57,988 nucleotides of DNA, from NCBI GenBank assembly GCA_964555115.1, contig CAZKRH010000172.1:1-57988 (forward strand), written 5' to 3'. Each line of letters starts with the position of its first letter. The first letter of the stretch is position 1. The notes beneath the pieces were generated by a model. That model saw only the letters and a program-made list of their open reading frames with translations. It did not search any database and was not told the DNA's origin. The position numbers and the translations under genes are program-made. This stretch comes from an uncultured Nitrospiraceae bacterium. GTDB lineage: Bacteria; Nitrospirota; Nitrospiria; Nitrospirales; UBA8639. Of the stretch, positions 17,840 through 27,553 are shown one piece after another.

Positions 17840-18052
17840 AAATCATGGCATACATTGGGAGTATCGTCTAGGAGGCTATTCTAGATGAGATTAATCTGCT
17901 GCGAATGCGCAGGATTGAATGAGAGAGATGATGTGGAAAATTTAAAAGGAAGAAAGGGGTGATTCAACAACAACAGGGGCCGACTCATAGCCAACCCTTT
18001 ATCGTGGGACCCAAGGTTGTGAAACCGGGACCCTGCGTGGGAAGGAGCTGGA

Positions 18053-18241
18053 TTAAAAGAGAGGGGCCTGGGGTCCCAATTTCAAACCTACCAGATCTGG
18101 ATCTTCACCTTCCACAAAAACCGGTCGATCCTCAGCTTCGGTTTTCCGTTGGACACGTTTCTCTTCCTTGTCCTGTCGTTTCATCTGGAGTTCTCGTTCA
18201 CGAATCCGTTTGGCTTGCGTCATTTTTGATACTCTCCCCAT
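18053..18241 (-). CDS. possible small charged protein (62 aa)
   Basis: The ORF is Lys/Arg/Glu-rich and preceded by AGGGAG. It reads more plausibly than the overlapping plus ORF 17959..18279. Confidence 0.3.
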   Translation of the reverse strand: MGRVSKMTQAKRIRERELQMKRQDKEEKRVQRKTEAEDRPVFVEGEDPDLVGLKLGPQAPLF

Positions 18242-18343
18242 CCTTGATTACTCCCTATTCTAATTACATAATCAAATAGCACGTATTCATACAAGACATT
18301 GTTTGTCTAGATATGAGCTATTTTATTAGGAATAAGCTACTAA

Positions 18344-18486
18344 AGGGCACCTCTAAAAACCGTCATTTTCCGTGATGGCGGCGTCAGCCTCGTGCTCAAA
18401 TCCTCATGTAATCGCCTATACACTTCGGTTTTCCGCGCACGACTTCCTTGCACTCACAAAAAAATCCTGGTTTTTAAAAGTGCCCT
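18344..18486. repeat. 143-bp inverted-repeat (MITE-like) element, distantly related to family 2
   Basis: The termini are AGGGCACCTCTAAAAACC (18344-18361) and GGTTTTTAAAAGTGCCCT (18469-18486). The interior is partly self-complementary. Confidence 0.5.
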
Positions 18487-18622
18487 ATATTTTGTGGAAA
18501 ATTTGTTACCACCACCCTATAGCTTGTTTGCCCATTTTAGCAAATTCAGGAGGCAAAGATCTAATAACTAGGTAATTATTTCTAGTTTTAGCCAAACAAG
18601 ATAAAAACTATTTTGTTGCGTC

Positions 18623-20428
18623 TTACCCACTGTGTTTGGCTTCTAATTCAGCCCAGCGAGCGTATAACTGCTCCACGTGTTGCTCTGCAACCTTAAGGGC
18701 TTCATAGGCTTCTTGGATCTGCGCATGATTCGAAACAATCGAAGGATCCTCCGTTTTCGCCCGACACCGATCCAGTAGAGCTTCTGCTTCCAATACTCGT
18801 TGTTCGATGGTGCCGTATTCTTGTTGATCCCGAAAGGAAAGTTTTTTGGATTTGGGTCGAGAAGGTTTTCTCTTTGAGGAAGATTCCGTCAACAGTTTTT
18901 CTCCTAAGGAGACCTCTTGACGAAGCCACGATTCCCATTGCCCATACTCGGCAAAGCCCCCATGACGGCCTTTTCCATCTAATCCGATAAAACTCGAACA
19001 GACCTCTTCGAGCATATACCGGTCATGGGTGACCAACACCAAAGCCCCAGAAAATTCCGCTAAGCTTTCTTCCAACACCTCCCGCGTAGGAATATCCAGG
19101 TCATTGGTCGGTTCATCCACAATCAACACATCCGCTGGTTGAAGCATGAACCTTGCGATCACCGCCCGAGCTTGTTCTCCGCCGGACAACAATTCTATGG
19201 GCAGGTCCAATTGTTCGGGTTGGAAGCGAAAACGCTTGATCCAACCAGCCAAATGAATGGTCTGCCCCCGGTAGGTAACGGTATGTCCTGTGTCAGATAA
19301 GGTTCGTCTTAGGGTTTCCTTGGGATTGAGCTGAGCTCGATGCTGATCAAAATAGACCACTTGAAGCTTTTCTGCATGAGTGACTGTACCCTGATCTGGA
19401 TCAATTTCTTTGGCTAACATTTTCAGAAGCGTGGATTTTCCTGATCCGTTCCTTCCCAGTACCCCTATAGCCATTCCAGGAGAAAGAACGACATCCACCT
19501 TCTGCATGACCGTGCGGGAGTCAAAGGATTTCTGGAGAGATTCCGCCACGACCAAACGCTTCGTCCTCCGACCTGTCCCGACAAAATCAATAGAGGTTTC
19601 TTCCTGACGCAACCTTGCGGTGGTGGAAGCTAACTCGGCTTGAAGAGCATGGGCTTGATCGATCCGAGCTTTCGCCTTGGTCGTTCTGGCCTTTGGGCCC
19701 CGCCGGAGCCATTCCTCCTCGCGCCGGACTTTTCCCTTTAACGCTTGCATCTGTTGCGCTTGAGCTGTTTCGAACTCCTCTCGCTTGGTAACAAAAGTGG
19801 TATACGTCCCTGGAGTGAGAAATATCCCCTCAGCATATCGAGAATTTAATTCTGCGATCTTATTGGTCGCATGCTCCAAGAACCATCGATCATGACTCAC
19901 CATGACCCAAGACCAAGGTGCCTGCGTCAAAATGTGCTTCAACCATCGGATGCCCTCTAAATCCAAATGATTGGTGGGTTCGTCCAGTAACATGACTTCA
20001 GGATCCTGGACAAAACCGCAGGCTATCCCTAATCGTTTTTTCCAGCCTCCTGATAGTGATCTGACTTGCTGATGCTCATCTTCAAAACCCATTCGTCCTA
20101 AAATTTCCTGGACTCGTCCTTGGCGCTCTTCCTGAGGAATTCTCGCATGCGCGGCAGCTTTTTCAATTTCCTCTCCTACCGTGCCCGTTTCCTCCAAATT
20201 CAATACTTGTGGAATATACGTGACTCGTAAATGCTGACGGCGGATCACTTGCCCCTCATCCACCTGTTCCAACCCGGCAAAGATTTTTAATAAGGTCGTT
20301 TTGCCAGAGCCATTCGGTCCAATTATTCCCAGCCTATCGTTTTCTTGCACCGTAAAATTCAGGTTATGGAATAACCGTTTGGTCCCAAACGATTTAGTCA
20401 CATTTTGACAATTTATTAATGCTGACAC
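18623..20428 (-). CDS. ABC-F family ATPase (Uup-like, tandem ABC cassettes with C-terminal coiled coil)
   Basis: Two Walker A motifs (GPNGSGKTT, GRNGSGKST) and two signature motifs (LSGGWKKR, LSGGEQAR) are present. There are no TM segments. Confidence 0.9.
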   Translation of the reverse strand: MSALINCQNVTKSFGTKRLFHNLNFTVQENDRLGIIGPNGSGKTTLLKIFAGLEQVDEGQVIRRQHLRVTYIPQVLNLEETGTVGEEIEKAAAHARIPQEERQGRVQEILGRMGFEDEHQQVRSLSGGWKKRLGIACGFVQDPEVMLLDEPTNHLDLEGIRWLKHILTQAPWSWVMVSHDRWFLEHATNKIAELNSRYAEGIFLTPGTYTTFVTKREEFETAQAQQMQALKGKVRREEEWLRRGPKARTTKAKARIDQAHALQAELASTTARLRQEETSIDFVGTGRRTKRLVVAESLQKSFDSRTVMQKVDVVLSPGMAIGVLGRNGSGKSTLLKMLAKEIDPDQGTVTHAEKLQVVYFDQHRAQLNPKETLRRTLSDTGHTVTYRGQTIHLAGWIKRFRFQPEQLDLPIELLSGGEQARAVIARFMLQPADVLIVDEPTNDLDIPTREVLEESLAEFSGALVLVTHDRYMLEEVCSSFIGLDGKGRHGGFAEYGQWESWLRQEVSLGEKLLTESSSKRKPSRPKSKKLSFRDQQEYGTIEQRVLEAEALLDRCRAKTEDPSIVSNHAQIQEAYEALKVAEQHVEQLYARWAELEAKHSG

Positions 20429-20592
20429 AGGTACCCTTTATGTTATGTGGTGGCAACCTCAAACGAATGGGAAGGCTCGAAAACGTGGACTGGTCATCTT
20501 ATCCAGTGTGGGAAGGGGAAATATGCCCTAAGGGGACACACAGGAATAACATGGCCTCCAAGTTGACAATGTTATTCCTGCGCGGCCCCTAA

Positions 20593-20647
20593 TAAAAAAG
20601 ATGGGGATCTTTCGCCGAAACAAGTTCCGACTAAAAAGACCCCCATC
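20593..20647 (-). terminator. intrinsic terminator downstream of the RRM-protein gene
   Basis: On the minus strand AGAUGGGGGUC pairs with GAUCCCCAUCU (11 bp, one G-U), followed by UUUUUU. Confidence 0.55.
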
Positions 20648-20779
20648 TGAGTTTAGCTTTCGGTTTTTTATGAGTCGATTACACCGTTAACTTATAAAAT
20701 CCTCAGCGTGAATTCATACCTTGGTTAGCTGGTAATCTCAGGTTTCACTCTGTGAGCGACCTGCCGATTCCGGGAAAGA

Positions 20780-21133
20780 TTACCAACGCCCGCCTTTGTT
20801 CCCGCCACCGCCACCGCCACCAAAGCCACCACCACGACCACCACCACCACCACCACGACCACCACCACCACCACCGGATCGAGCTTCCTGAGGTCTGGCT
20901 TCGTTCACGGTAAGGGTTCGACCTTCCAACTGGGTGCCGTTTAACGCGGTAATCGCCGCATTCGCTTCTTCTGCCGCTGACATTTCCACGAAACCAAATC
21001 CTCGGGATTGGCCTGTGAACTTATCAGTGATCACTTTAGCGGACTCCACGGCCCCGTGAGTTGCGAATAAATCTGATAAATCAGACTCAGTTGTGGCATA
21101 GGGCAAGCCGCCCACATAAATTTTGCTACCCAT
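20780..21133 (-). CDS. RRM-type RNA-binding protein with Gly/Arg-rich tail
   Basis: RNP-2 (IYVGGL) and RNP-1 (RGFGFVEM) motifs are present. The C-terminus is a GGGGGRGGGG low-complexity tail. Confidence 0.9.
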   Translation of the reverse strand: MGSKIYVGGLPYATTESDLSDLFATHGAVESAKVITDKFTGQSRGFGFVEMSAAEEANAAITALNGTQLEGRTLTVNEARPQEARSGGGGGGRGGGGGGRGGGFGGGGGGGNKGGRW

Positions 21134-21454
21134 ATGGGTTCTCCTTTTTGAAACGTGATATTGTCTTGAACTCGAGAAGCAGGAATGTAAAGGACGGGCC
21201 TGAGACGCAAACTCGTGAGGCGGCTAAGGTCTGGCTTTTTTCAGTCTCCCGGGGAAAACAACATCGATGAAAAGGCCTTGTTCGTTATTCCCTCAATGCA
21301 GGCCCTTAGCGTTGAAGTATTATCAGCCTAGCACACGCTATTCTTTAATACAACTTGGGTTTCCTCTGAAAAAACATAAGGTTTTCCGCTCAATTTTGGG
21401 TTTTTTCACAGTCTCTTCAAGACGCCATTCTTCCTCAACCTGTATAGTAGATCC

Positions 21455-22027
21455 ATGGGAATTCGTGTTACGGAACAACAAGAAATGTTTCACGTTCCGT
21501 TTGGAAATCCAAATAGTGAAGGAACCCCAGAGGCAACCTTTTGGGATTTGAAACATCACCCAGAATGGATTGCTGTACTTCCTTCGGGTATAGGCTGGCC
21601 GGAGATCCAAGCCCTGCTACAAATCATCAATTCACCGTCTTCCCCATTTATGTCACTTGCGGCCGACCAAGGATTTACGACCACGAATTCTCCTTCCACC
21701 CCTGTGTTAACCTCCTTTTTGACTCTCTGCTGGTTTCCTCTTTCTCACAATACCAAATCCCAAATTGATCAATTGGCTGAATTTCTTGGTGAGACTATTG
21801 ACGAGTTCCTTCAACAGACCAGTGACCAATTACAAGAACCCCTTCCTCTCGAGATCGTCCTGGAAAAACAGCCAACTCAGTTCCACCATCAAGATTTCTC
21901 CGGATGGAGCCTTTCGATCATGATAGCCGCTCAGGGAACGACCATCACTCATGCTCGTCGAATGTGGGGATTGGGCATTCAGGCCTTGCAGGATATATTG
22001 GATCAGTCTAACTTTGACACCTTTTAG
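21455..22027 (+). CDS. hypothetical protein
   Basis: The ORF ends 7 nt before the following methyltransferase gene. No family recognised. Confidence 0.4.
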   Translation: MGIRVTEQQEMFHVPFGNPNSEGTPEATFWDLKHHPEWIAVLPSGIGWPEIQALLQIINSPSSPFMSLAADQGFTTTNSPSTPVLTSFLTLCWFPLSHNTKSQIDQLAEFLGETIDEFLQQTSDQLQEPLPLEIVLEKQPTQFHHQDFSGWSLSIMIAAQGTTITHARRMWGLGIQALQDILDQSNFDTF

Positions 22028-22034
22028 GTAGAAC

Positions 22035-22841
22035 ATGGCTTATATTTTTCATAAATCCCCTGAAATTCGTGAACGGGAACGACTGAAACTGATCGAACGT
22101 TACCACGACCCTGCCACCAAAGAACGACTGTTGGGGACAGGACTCAAACCTGGATGGCGCTGTTTGGAAGTGGGACCGGGAGCAGGATCCATTCTCCGGT
22201 GGCTTTCCCGAACAGTAGGAAAAAACGGTAAAGTCATTGGGGTAGATATTAACCCCCAAGTCAAGATTTCCCGGAAATCAGAATCCCTCGAGATTATTCA
22301 GGTAGATATTGCTCACGCACCACTCCCTCAGGAATATTTTCATGTCGCCCACGCTCGTTTTACCCTTATTCATACTCCTCATGGGAAAAAAGCCTTGCGA
22401 CAGGTATTCCACGCTTTACGACCCGGAGGATGCCTGGTGCTAGAAGAGCCAGACTTTACCGCCGCCCAAGTCCTAGCTGGTCCCCCTTCATGGACACAAT
22501 CTGTTCATCGCGTCCAGCAAGCGATTCTGGAGATGTTTCGTGAATCTGGATTGAATCCTGCCTTTGGCCTATGCCTTCCAAAATTGATCCATCAACTAGG
22601 ATATACCCAACTCACTGTTCACCACCATGCTCCGATTACTCGAGGCAATTCCGCTATGGCGAACATTATGAGTCTTTCTGCTCAACAATTAACTCAAAAA
22701 TATTTAGCAACCGGACTGGTGACAAGGCGTGACATCAACAACTATTGTCGCTTTGCTCAGTCCCCTACCTCCTGGGCCATCCATTATGGGACGATTGCGG
22801 TGGTTGCCAGAAAGCCGAGGAAGCGACGAGCAAAAAGCTAA
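22035..22841 (+). CDS. class I SAM-dependent methyltransferase
   Basis: Motif I (CLEVGPGAGS) and the post-I/II spacing (VIGVDIN ... GGCLVLEEPD) are present. Confidence 0.75.
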   Translation: MAYIFHKSPEIRERERLKLIERYHDPATKERLLGTGLKPGWRCLEVGPGAGSILRWLSRTVGKNGKVIGVDINPQVKISRKSESLEIIQVDIAHAPLPQEYFHVAHARFTLIHTPHGKKALRQVFHALRPGGCLVLEEPDFTAAQVLAGPPSWTQSVHRVQQAILEMFRESGLNPAFGLCLPKLIHQLGYTQLTVHHHAPITRGNSAMANIMSLSAQQLTQKYLATGLVTRRDINNYCRFAQSPTSWAIHYGTIAVVARKPRKRRAKS

Positions 22842-22979
22842 ACCTGGATTTGGTGCGTGTTGGCTACACTTGTGAGGGGCAGACCTCTAGTCGAGACATG
22901 GTACTGGGTGGTATAAAGGATGGGTCGAATGAGAGAATTTTTGAACAATCCCGCGTTCATTTTCTAGAAGGAGTCCGGA

Positions 22980-23543
22980 ATGAATGATTCGTCTACGTCA
23001 TCGTCTGCCAGCCCTGAAATCGCCACATTGGGAGGCGGTTGTTTTTGGTGTTTAGAGGCGGTGTATGACCAACTGAAAGGCGTGAGCAGCGTGGAGTCGG
23101 GGTATATGGGAGGATCCGTTCTCAATCCCACCTATGAAGCAATCTGTACCGGGAGAACTGGACATGCCGAAGTCATCCAAATTACCTTTGATCCCGCTCT
23201 TATTTCATATCGTGAAATATTGGAAATATTTTTTGCGACTCACGACCCTACCACGCTGAATCAGCAAGGCAATGATATTGGCACCCAATATCGATCGTCC
23301 ATTTTTTTTCATTCTCCCGATCAACAACAGACAGCCAAAGAAGTTATTTCCACATTCACTGATGAACAAGTTTTTTCTTCTCCCATTGTCACAGAAGTGG
23401 TGCAAGTGGAAACATTTTATATGGCCGAAGATTATCACCAGGAATACTTTATTCAAAATCCCTCCCAACCCTACTGTGCCTACTTGATCAGTCCAAAGCT
23501 GGCAAAATTTCGAAAACAATTTGCAGAAAAACTGAAAGCCTAG
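22980..23543 (+). CDS. msrA: peptide-methionine (S)-S-oxide reductase
   Basis: It has the catalytic motif GGGCFWC, plus 'GHAEVIQITFDP', 'DPTTLNQQGNDIGTQYRS' and 'EDYHQEYF'. Confidence 0.9.
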   Translation: MNDSSTSSSASPEIATLGGGCFWCLEAVYDQLKGVSSVESGYMGGSVLNPTYEAICTGRTGHAEVIQITFDPALISYREILEIFFATHDPTTLNQQGNDIGTQYRSSIFFHSPDQQQTAKEVISTFTDEQVFSSPIVTEVVQVETFYMAEDYHQEYFIQNPSQPYCAYLISPKLAKFRKQFAEKLKA

Positions 23544-23726
23544 CTCTCCGGGTCTTCACAAGACAGGCCACCTTCAAGAAAATCCTGGGATTTTTGATTC
23601 CCTTTTTTCACAGTTTTGGCATGACAGCCAATTTTTCCACCAAACCAGCGTGAAATTTGGGGGAACCTAACTGATAAGATTTAGCCTGCCGTTTCCGCAT
23701 TTTCTACCAAAGAGGACCAGATCTCT

Positions 23727-24738
23727 ATGACACATCCGGCAACTCCAGAACGAATTATGGAATTGGGCATGGCCTTTTGGGGGTCGAAGACGCTACTCAG
23801 TGGAGTGGAATTAGGGATATTCACCGAGTTGGCCAAGGAGCCTTTAGATGCCACGACCCTCCAAACTCGTTTAGGACTTCATCCCCGGAGCGCACGAGAT
23901 TTTTTTGACGCTCTCGTGTCATTAGGCATGCTGGATCGACAAAATGGAAAGTATTGTAATTCCCCAGACACCGACCTCTATCTCGATCGGCGCCCAATCT
24001 TCCTATCTCGGCGGATGGCTGGAAATGATCAATGCCCGTGTTTACGGATTTTGGGGGTCCCTTACAGAAGGATTACGCACAGGGCTTCCCCAAAATGAGG
24101 TCAAGGAGGGGAAAAACTTTTTTGCTGAACTCTATGCCGACCCGACACGATTAAAACAATTTCTTCAATCGATGACGGGTTTAAGTTTGGGAGCCAGCAC
24201 ACACATTGCCGAACAGTTTCCATGGAAACAATATCACACCTTTTTCGATATTGGCTCGGCACAAGGAGGACTGGTCGTTCAAGTGGGCATGAAACATTCT
24301 CACCTTACAGGTGGGGGATTCAACCTTCCCATGACAGGCCCTATATTTGAGGAGTACCTCAGTTCTTTTGGATTAGGCCATCGATTCCGTTTTCAACCAG
24401 GTGATTTCTTTACCGATCCCCTTCCCCAAGCCGACGTCCTGTCCATGGGTCACATCCTTCACGATTGGAATCTGGAAGAGAAAAAATTGTTGATTACGAA
24501 AGCCTACGACGCCTTACCACCTAACGGAGCGTTGATCATTTTTGAATCACTCATTGACGATGACCGTCGCACCAATACCTTTGGATTACTGATGAGTCTC
24601 AATATGCTTATTGAGTTGCCAGGTGGATTTGATTATACCGGGGCAGATTGCCAAGGCTGGCTGGCGGAAGCAGGCTTTCGGGAAACTCGGGTGGAACATC
24701 TGGTTGGACCAGATTCCATGGTCATTGGGATTAAGTAA
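23727..24738 (+). pseudogene. family-2 O-methyltransferase (dimerisation + Methyltransf_2 domains) interrupted by a +1 frameshift near 23988-23995
   Basis: ORF 23727..24098 carries the N-terminal dimerisation domain up to '...DLYLDR'. ORF 23944..24738 continues in the +1 frame with '[35 protein letters not shown]' and the SAM-binding core ([10 protein letters not shown]). Joined, the length is about 337 aa, which is typical for the family. Confidence 0.75.
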
Positions 24739-24822
24739 CTGGCGATCTTATCCTTTCATTTTTTTTATTTTTCCTAGGTGTGATTAAGGCCTCTCCTCTT
24801 TCCTCACCCCTAATCATTGAAG

Positions 24823-25677
24823 CTACAATGAAAAGAACACGGGCTTTTTTTCGATCTGCACCCAAGAATCTGGGGAAACGGTCACTTTGGATGGAAGAGC
24901 CGTAAAGTCAAACACCTTACGGTCCATGAGGTGGGACAGTGATACATTGGTCAGTGCCGACAACATACTATCTTTGCAGCGGAGGAATTGGTGTTCCCAT
25001 TCTTCCAGAATGGCCTTGACTTTTTGCCGCTGTAAATTTTTCTGGGATCCACAGAGGTCACAAGGAATAAGTGGAAACTGTTTCAATTCGGCATATCGTT
25101 CCAGATCTGTTTCCTCCACATACACTAAGGGTCGAATGACGGTATGTACCCCATCTTCGGACACGAGCTTGGGAGCCATCGAAGCCAATTTCCCTCCCGT
25201 CAGTAAATTCATCAAGAGTGTTTCTAATAAATCTTCACGATGATGCCCTAACGCAATTTTGGTAGCTTTTAATTCGGTGGCTACACGATAGAGATGTCCC
25301 CGTCGAAGACGAGAACAGAGGGAACATGTCGTCTGCCCTTCCGGAATAATACGTTTCACCACGGAATAGGTATCTTGTTCCTCAATATGAAACGGCACAC
25401 CCAATTGGGTCAGATAGTCAGACAGCACATGTTCCGGAAACCCTGGTTGTTTTTGATCTAAATTAACCGCGACAAGCTCAAACTGGATCGGCGCACGTTG
25501 CTGCAGGGCCAGCAAGACATCCAGAAGGGCAAAACTATCTTTCCCTCCTGAAATACAGACCATAATCCGATCACCCTGTTGGATCATGTCATAATCCGCA
25601 AGAGCTTGCCCGACTCGGCGACTGAGGCGTGTCTGAAGTTTTTCTTCTTCCGGAGACAATTTTTTCTTTTTCAACAT
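24823..25677 (-). CDS. ttcA: tRNA 2-thiocytidine(32) synthetase
   Basis: It has the PP-loop CISGGKDS and the cysteine motifs [10 protein letters not shown] and CDLCGSQ. Confidence 0.9.
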   Translation of the reverse strand: MLKKKKLSPEEEKLQTRLSRRVGQALADYDMIQQGDRIMVCISGGKDSFALLDVLLALQQRAPIQFELVAVNLDQKQPGFPEHVLSDYLTQLGVPFHIEEQDTYSVVKRIIPEGQTTCSLCSRLRRGHLYRVATELKATKIALGHHREDLLETLLMNLLTGGKLASMAPKLVSEDGVHTVIRPLVYVEETDLERYAELKQFPLIPCDLCGSQKNLQRQKVKAILEEWEHQFLRCKDSMLSALTNVSLSHLMDRKVFDFTALPSKVTVSPDSWVQIEKKPVFFSL

Positions 25678-25878
25678 TGGCTATTCCTCATGCTCACAAT
25701 CCAAGACCTTTTACCCAACCCTCTTTTTAAATTCCGGTTGATGGAGGGGGTGAATCCAACTCCGTTTCTTGGAGATCTTGTTTTTTTAATACTTCCGTTT
25801 GTTCAAAGGGGATTCATCTCACCTTCCCCTCGTAGTATAATAGGAATCCTTCCATTACCCTAAACAGAAAGGGATACC

Positions 25879-26070
25879 ATGCATACCAAACGACGCATTC
25901 ATGATGCCATCGTAGGAGGCGTGATCACCGCTGGGATAGCCCTAGGTTATTGGGTAGACCCCCTATGGTTATGGGTTCCCGGCGCAATTGGAGTGACCCT
26001 TTTCCAAAGTGGCGTTACCGGATTTTGTCCCGTCTATTATGTGTTGGATAAATCTTGTTCATCGGAGTGA
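25879..26070 (+). CDS. DUF2892 (YgaP-like) small membrane protein
   Basis: Two TM helices carry the family pattern 'R...G.....G......LW..GAIG..L..SG.TGFCP.Y'. Confidence 0.6.
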   Translation: MHTKRRIHDAIVGGVITAGIALGYWVDPLWLWVPGAIGVTLFQSGVTGFCPVYYVLDKSCSSE

Positions 26071-26147
26071 TCAGATAATATTCCAACGACCTTTTATGAA
26101 TCAGCCATGAACATTGGAGATTTTCAACACGTTCTTTTGATTTTTAC

Positions 26148-27509
26148 TTATATGATTTCTTCACCACTTTTGGAATTTTCATCAAGACGTCCTGCAAGTT
26201 TTTTTATTGCCGACGAGATTTCCACTTCTATAGTAGTATTTGGTTGAAGGTCTTGAATCATTGGGGGAAGAGTTGCTATTTGGTCGAAGACATATGAACG
26301 AATTTTCTGTAGAGGTAAACCTGGGAACATTCTCTTGCCTTTTCTCATTACTGGTTCTAATAATGCCTTCCCACCTTGATGGTCCTGTTCTAAAGTGAGG
26401 ATATCTTTGGTAATTCGTCCTTCATGGTCATAGTAACGATACACTTGTTTGGGACCTGGCCATGTGGCTTTTCCTTCCGATCGTTTTCGACAGGGACGTC
26501 CGGCATATTCCTGGAGCTTATAGACACAATCCAAGTAGGGAACGTCCGCTGAGGTCGTCATTTTTGTTCCAACCGCAAAGGCATTGATGGGTGCCTGTTG
26601 GGCCACTAATTGTTGTATCTCATATTCATCCAAATTCCCGCTGACGGTAATATCCACCGAGGTCAATCCACCTTCATCAAGAATCTGCCTGACTTTGGTC
26701 GCATGCATCGCCAGATCACCACTATCTAACCGGACACCTTGTATGGTAATTCCCTTTTCCTTGAGTTTTGAAGCTAGCCCCACCACATTTTGTGCTCCCT
26801 TTTCCGTATCATAGGTATCAATTAACAGGACCACATGCTGAGGATGCGACACAGAAAAATTCTCAAATGCGACTGATTCCTCTTCATGGGAAAGGATAAA
26901 GGAATGGGCCATCGTTCCCACTAACGGAATATCATACATTGCCCCTGCCAGCACGGTGGCGGTACTGGTACACCCGGCAAGATAACTGGCTCGAGCGGCC
27001 AGGACGGCAGCTTCAGCTCCATGAGCCCGACGGCATCCAAAATCCAAAACGGGTTTTCCGGAGGCGGCAAGAACCGTTCGGGCCGCTTTGGAAGCCACCA
27101 ATGTTTGATAATGCAACAGATTAATCAAACGCGTTTCGATTAATTGTGCTTGGGGAAGCGGAGCGGAAACTCTCACGAGAGGTTCGTTAGCAAACCCTAC
27201 CGTTCCCTCCGGCATAGCATGGACATCACCAGTAAATTTCAATTTTCCCAGGTACTCAACAAAAGACGAACTAAATCGTCCGGATTTTCCCAACCATTCC
27301 AATTCCCACGGCTCAAAGTGAAGGTCGGACAAATAGTCCATCAGGGGTGCAAGACCAGCAAATAGAAAAAACCCACGATTCGATGAGGTGCGTCGAATAA
27401 AAAATTCAAATATCGCCGTGTCTTCCATGCCCCGTTCCATATAACTTTGAAGCATGGTCAGTTGATAGAGATCTGTGAGCAGGGCCTTGTTGCTAATTTC
27501 CATGGTCAT
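26148..27509 (-). CDS. pncB: nicotinate phosphoribosyltransferase
   Basis: The N-terminal 'LLTDLYQLTM' is present, along with 'LDFGCRRAHG', 'GTMAHSF' and 'GVRLDSGD'. Confidence 0.9.
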   Translation of the reverse strand: MTMEISNKALLTDLYQLTMLQSYMERGMEDTAIFEFFIRRTSSNRGFFLFAGLAPLMDYLSDLHFEPWELEWLGKSGRFSSSFVEYLGKLKFTGDVHAMPEGTVGFANEPLVRVSAPLPQAQLIETRLINLLHYQTLVASKAARTVLAASGKPVLDFGCRRAHGAEAAVLAARASYLAGCTSTATVLAGAMYDIPLVGTMAHSFILSHEEESVAFENFSVSHPQHVVLLIDTYDTEKGAQNVVGLASKLKEKGITIQGVRLDSGDLAMHATKVRQILDEGGLTSVDITVSGNLDEYEIQQLVAQQAPINAFAVGTKMTTSADVPYLDCVYKLQEYAGRPCRKRSEGKATWPGPKQVYRYYDHEGRITKDILTLEQDHQGGKALLEPVMRKGKRMFPGLPLQKIRSYVFDQIATLPPMIQDLQPNTTIEVEISSAIKKLAGRLDENSKSGEEII

Positions 27510-27553
27510 GTCGTTAAAATCAGAAATTCCTTTTGCAATCGATTATTGTTTCC

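Noticed and set aside
17959-18279. 106-aa plus ORF
   Set aside because: It is Pro/Val/Ser-rich with no RBS. The opposite-strand 62-aa charged ORF is more plausible, though still weak.
20786-20885. Periodic CCACCACC/GCCACC repeats
   Set aside because: This is low-complexity coding sequence for the Gly/Arg-rich tail of the RRM protein. It is not a CRISPR array or a non-coding tandem repeat.
23944-24738. 264-aa ORF considered as an independent methyltransferase gene
   Set aside because: Its first roughly 17 codons are an out-of-frame read of the N-terminal domain region. The ORF lacks the dimerisation domain, which is present immediately upstream in the -1 frame. It is treated as part of a frameshifted gene.
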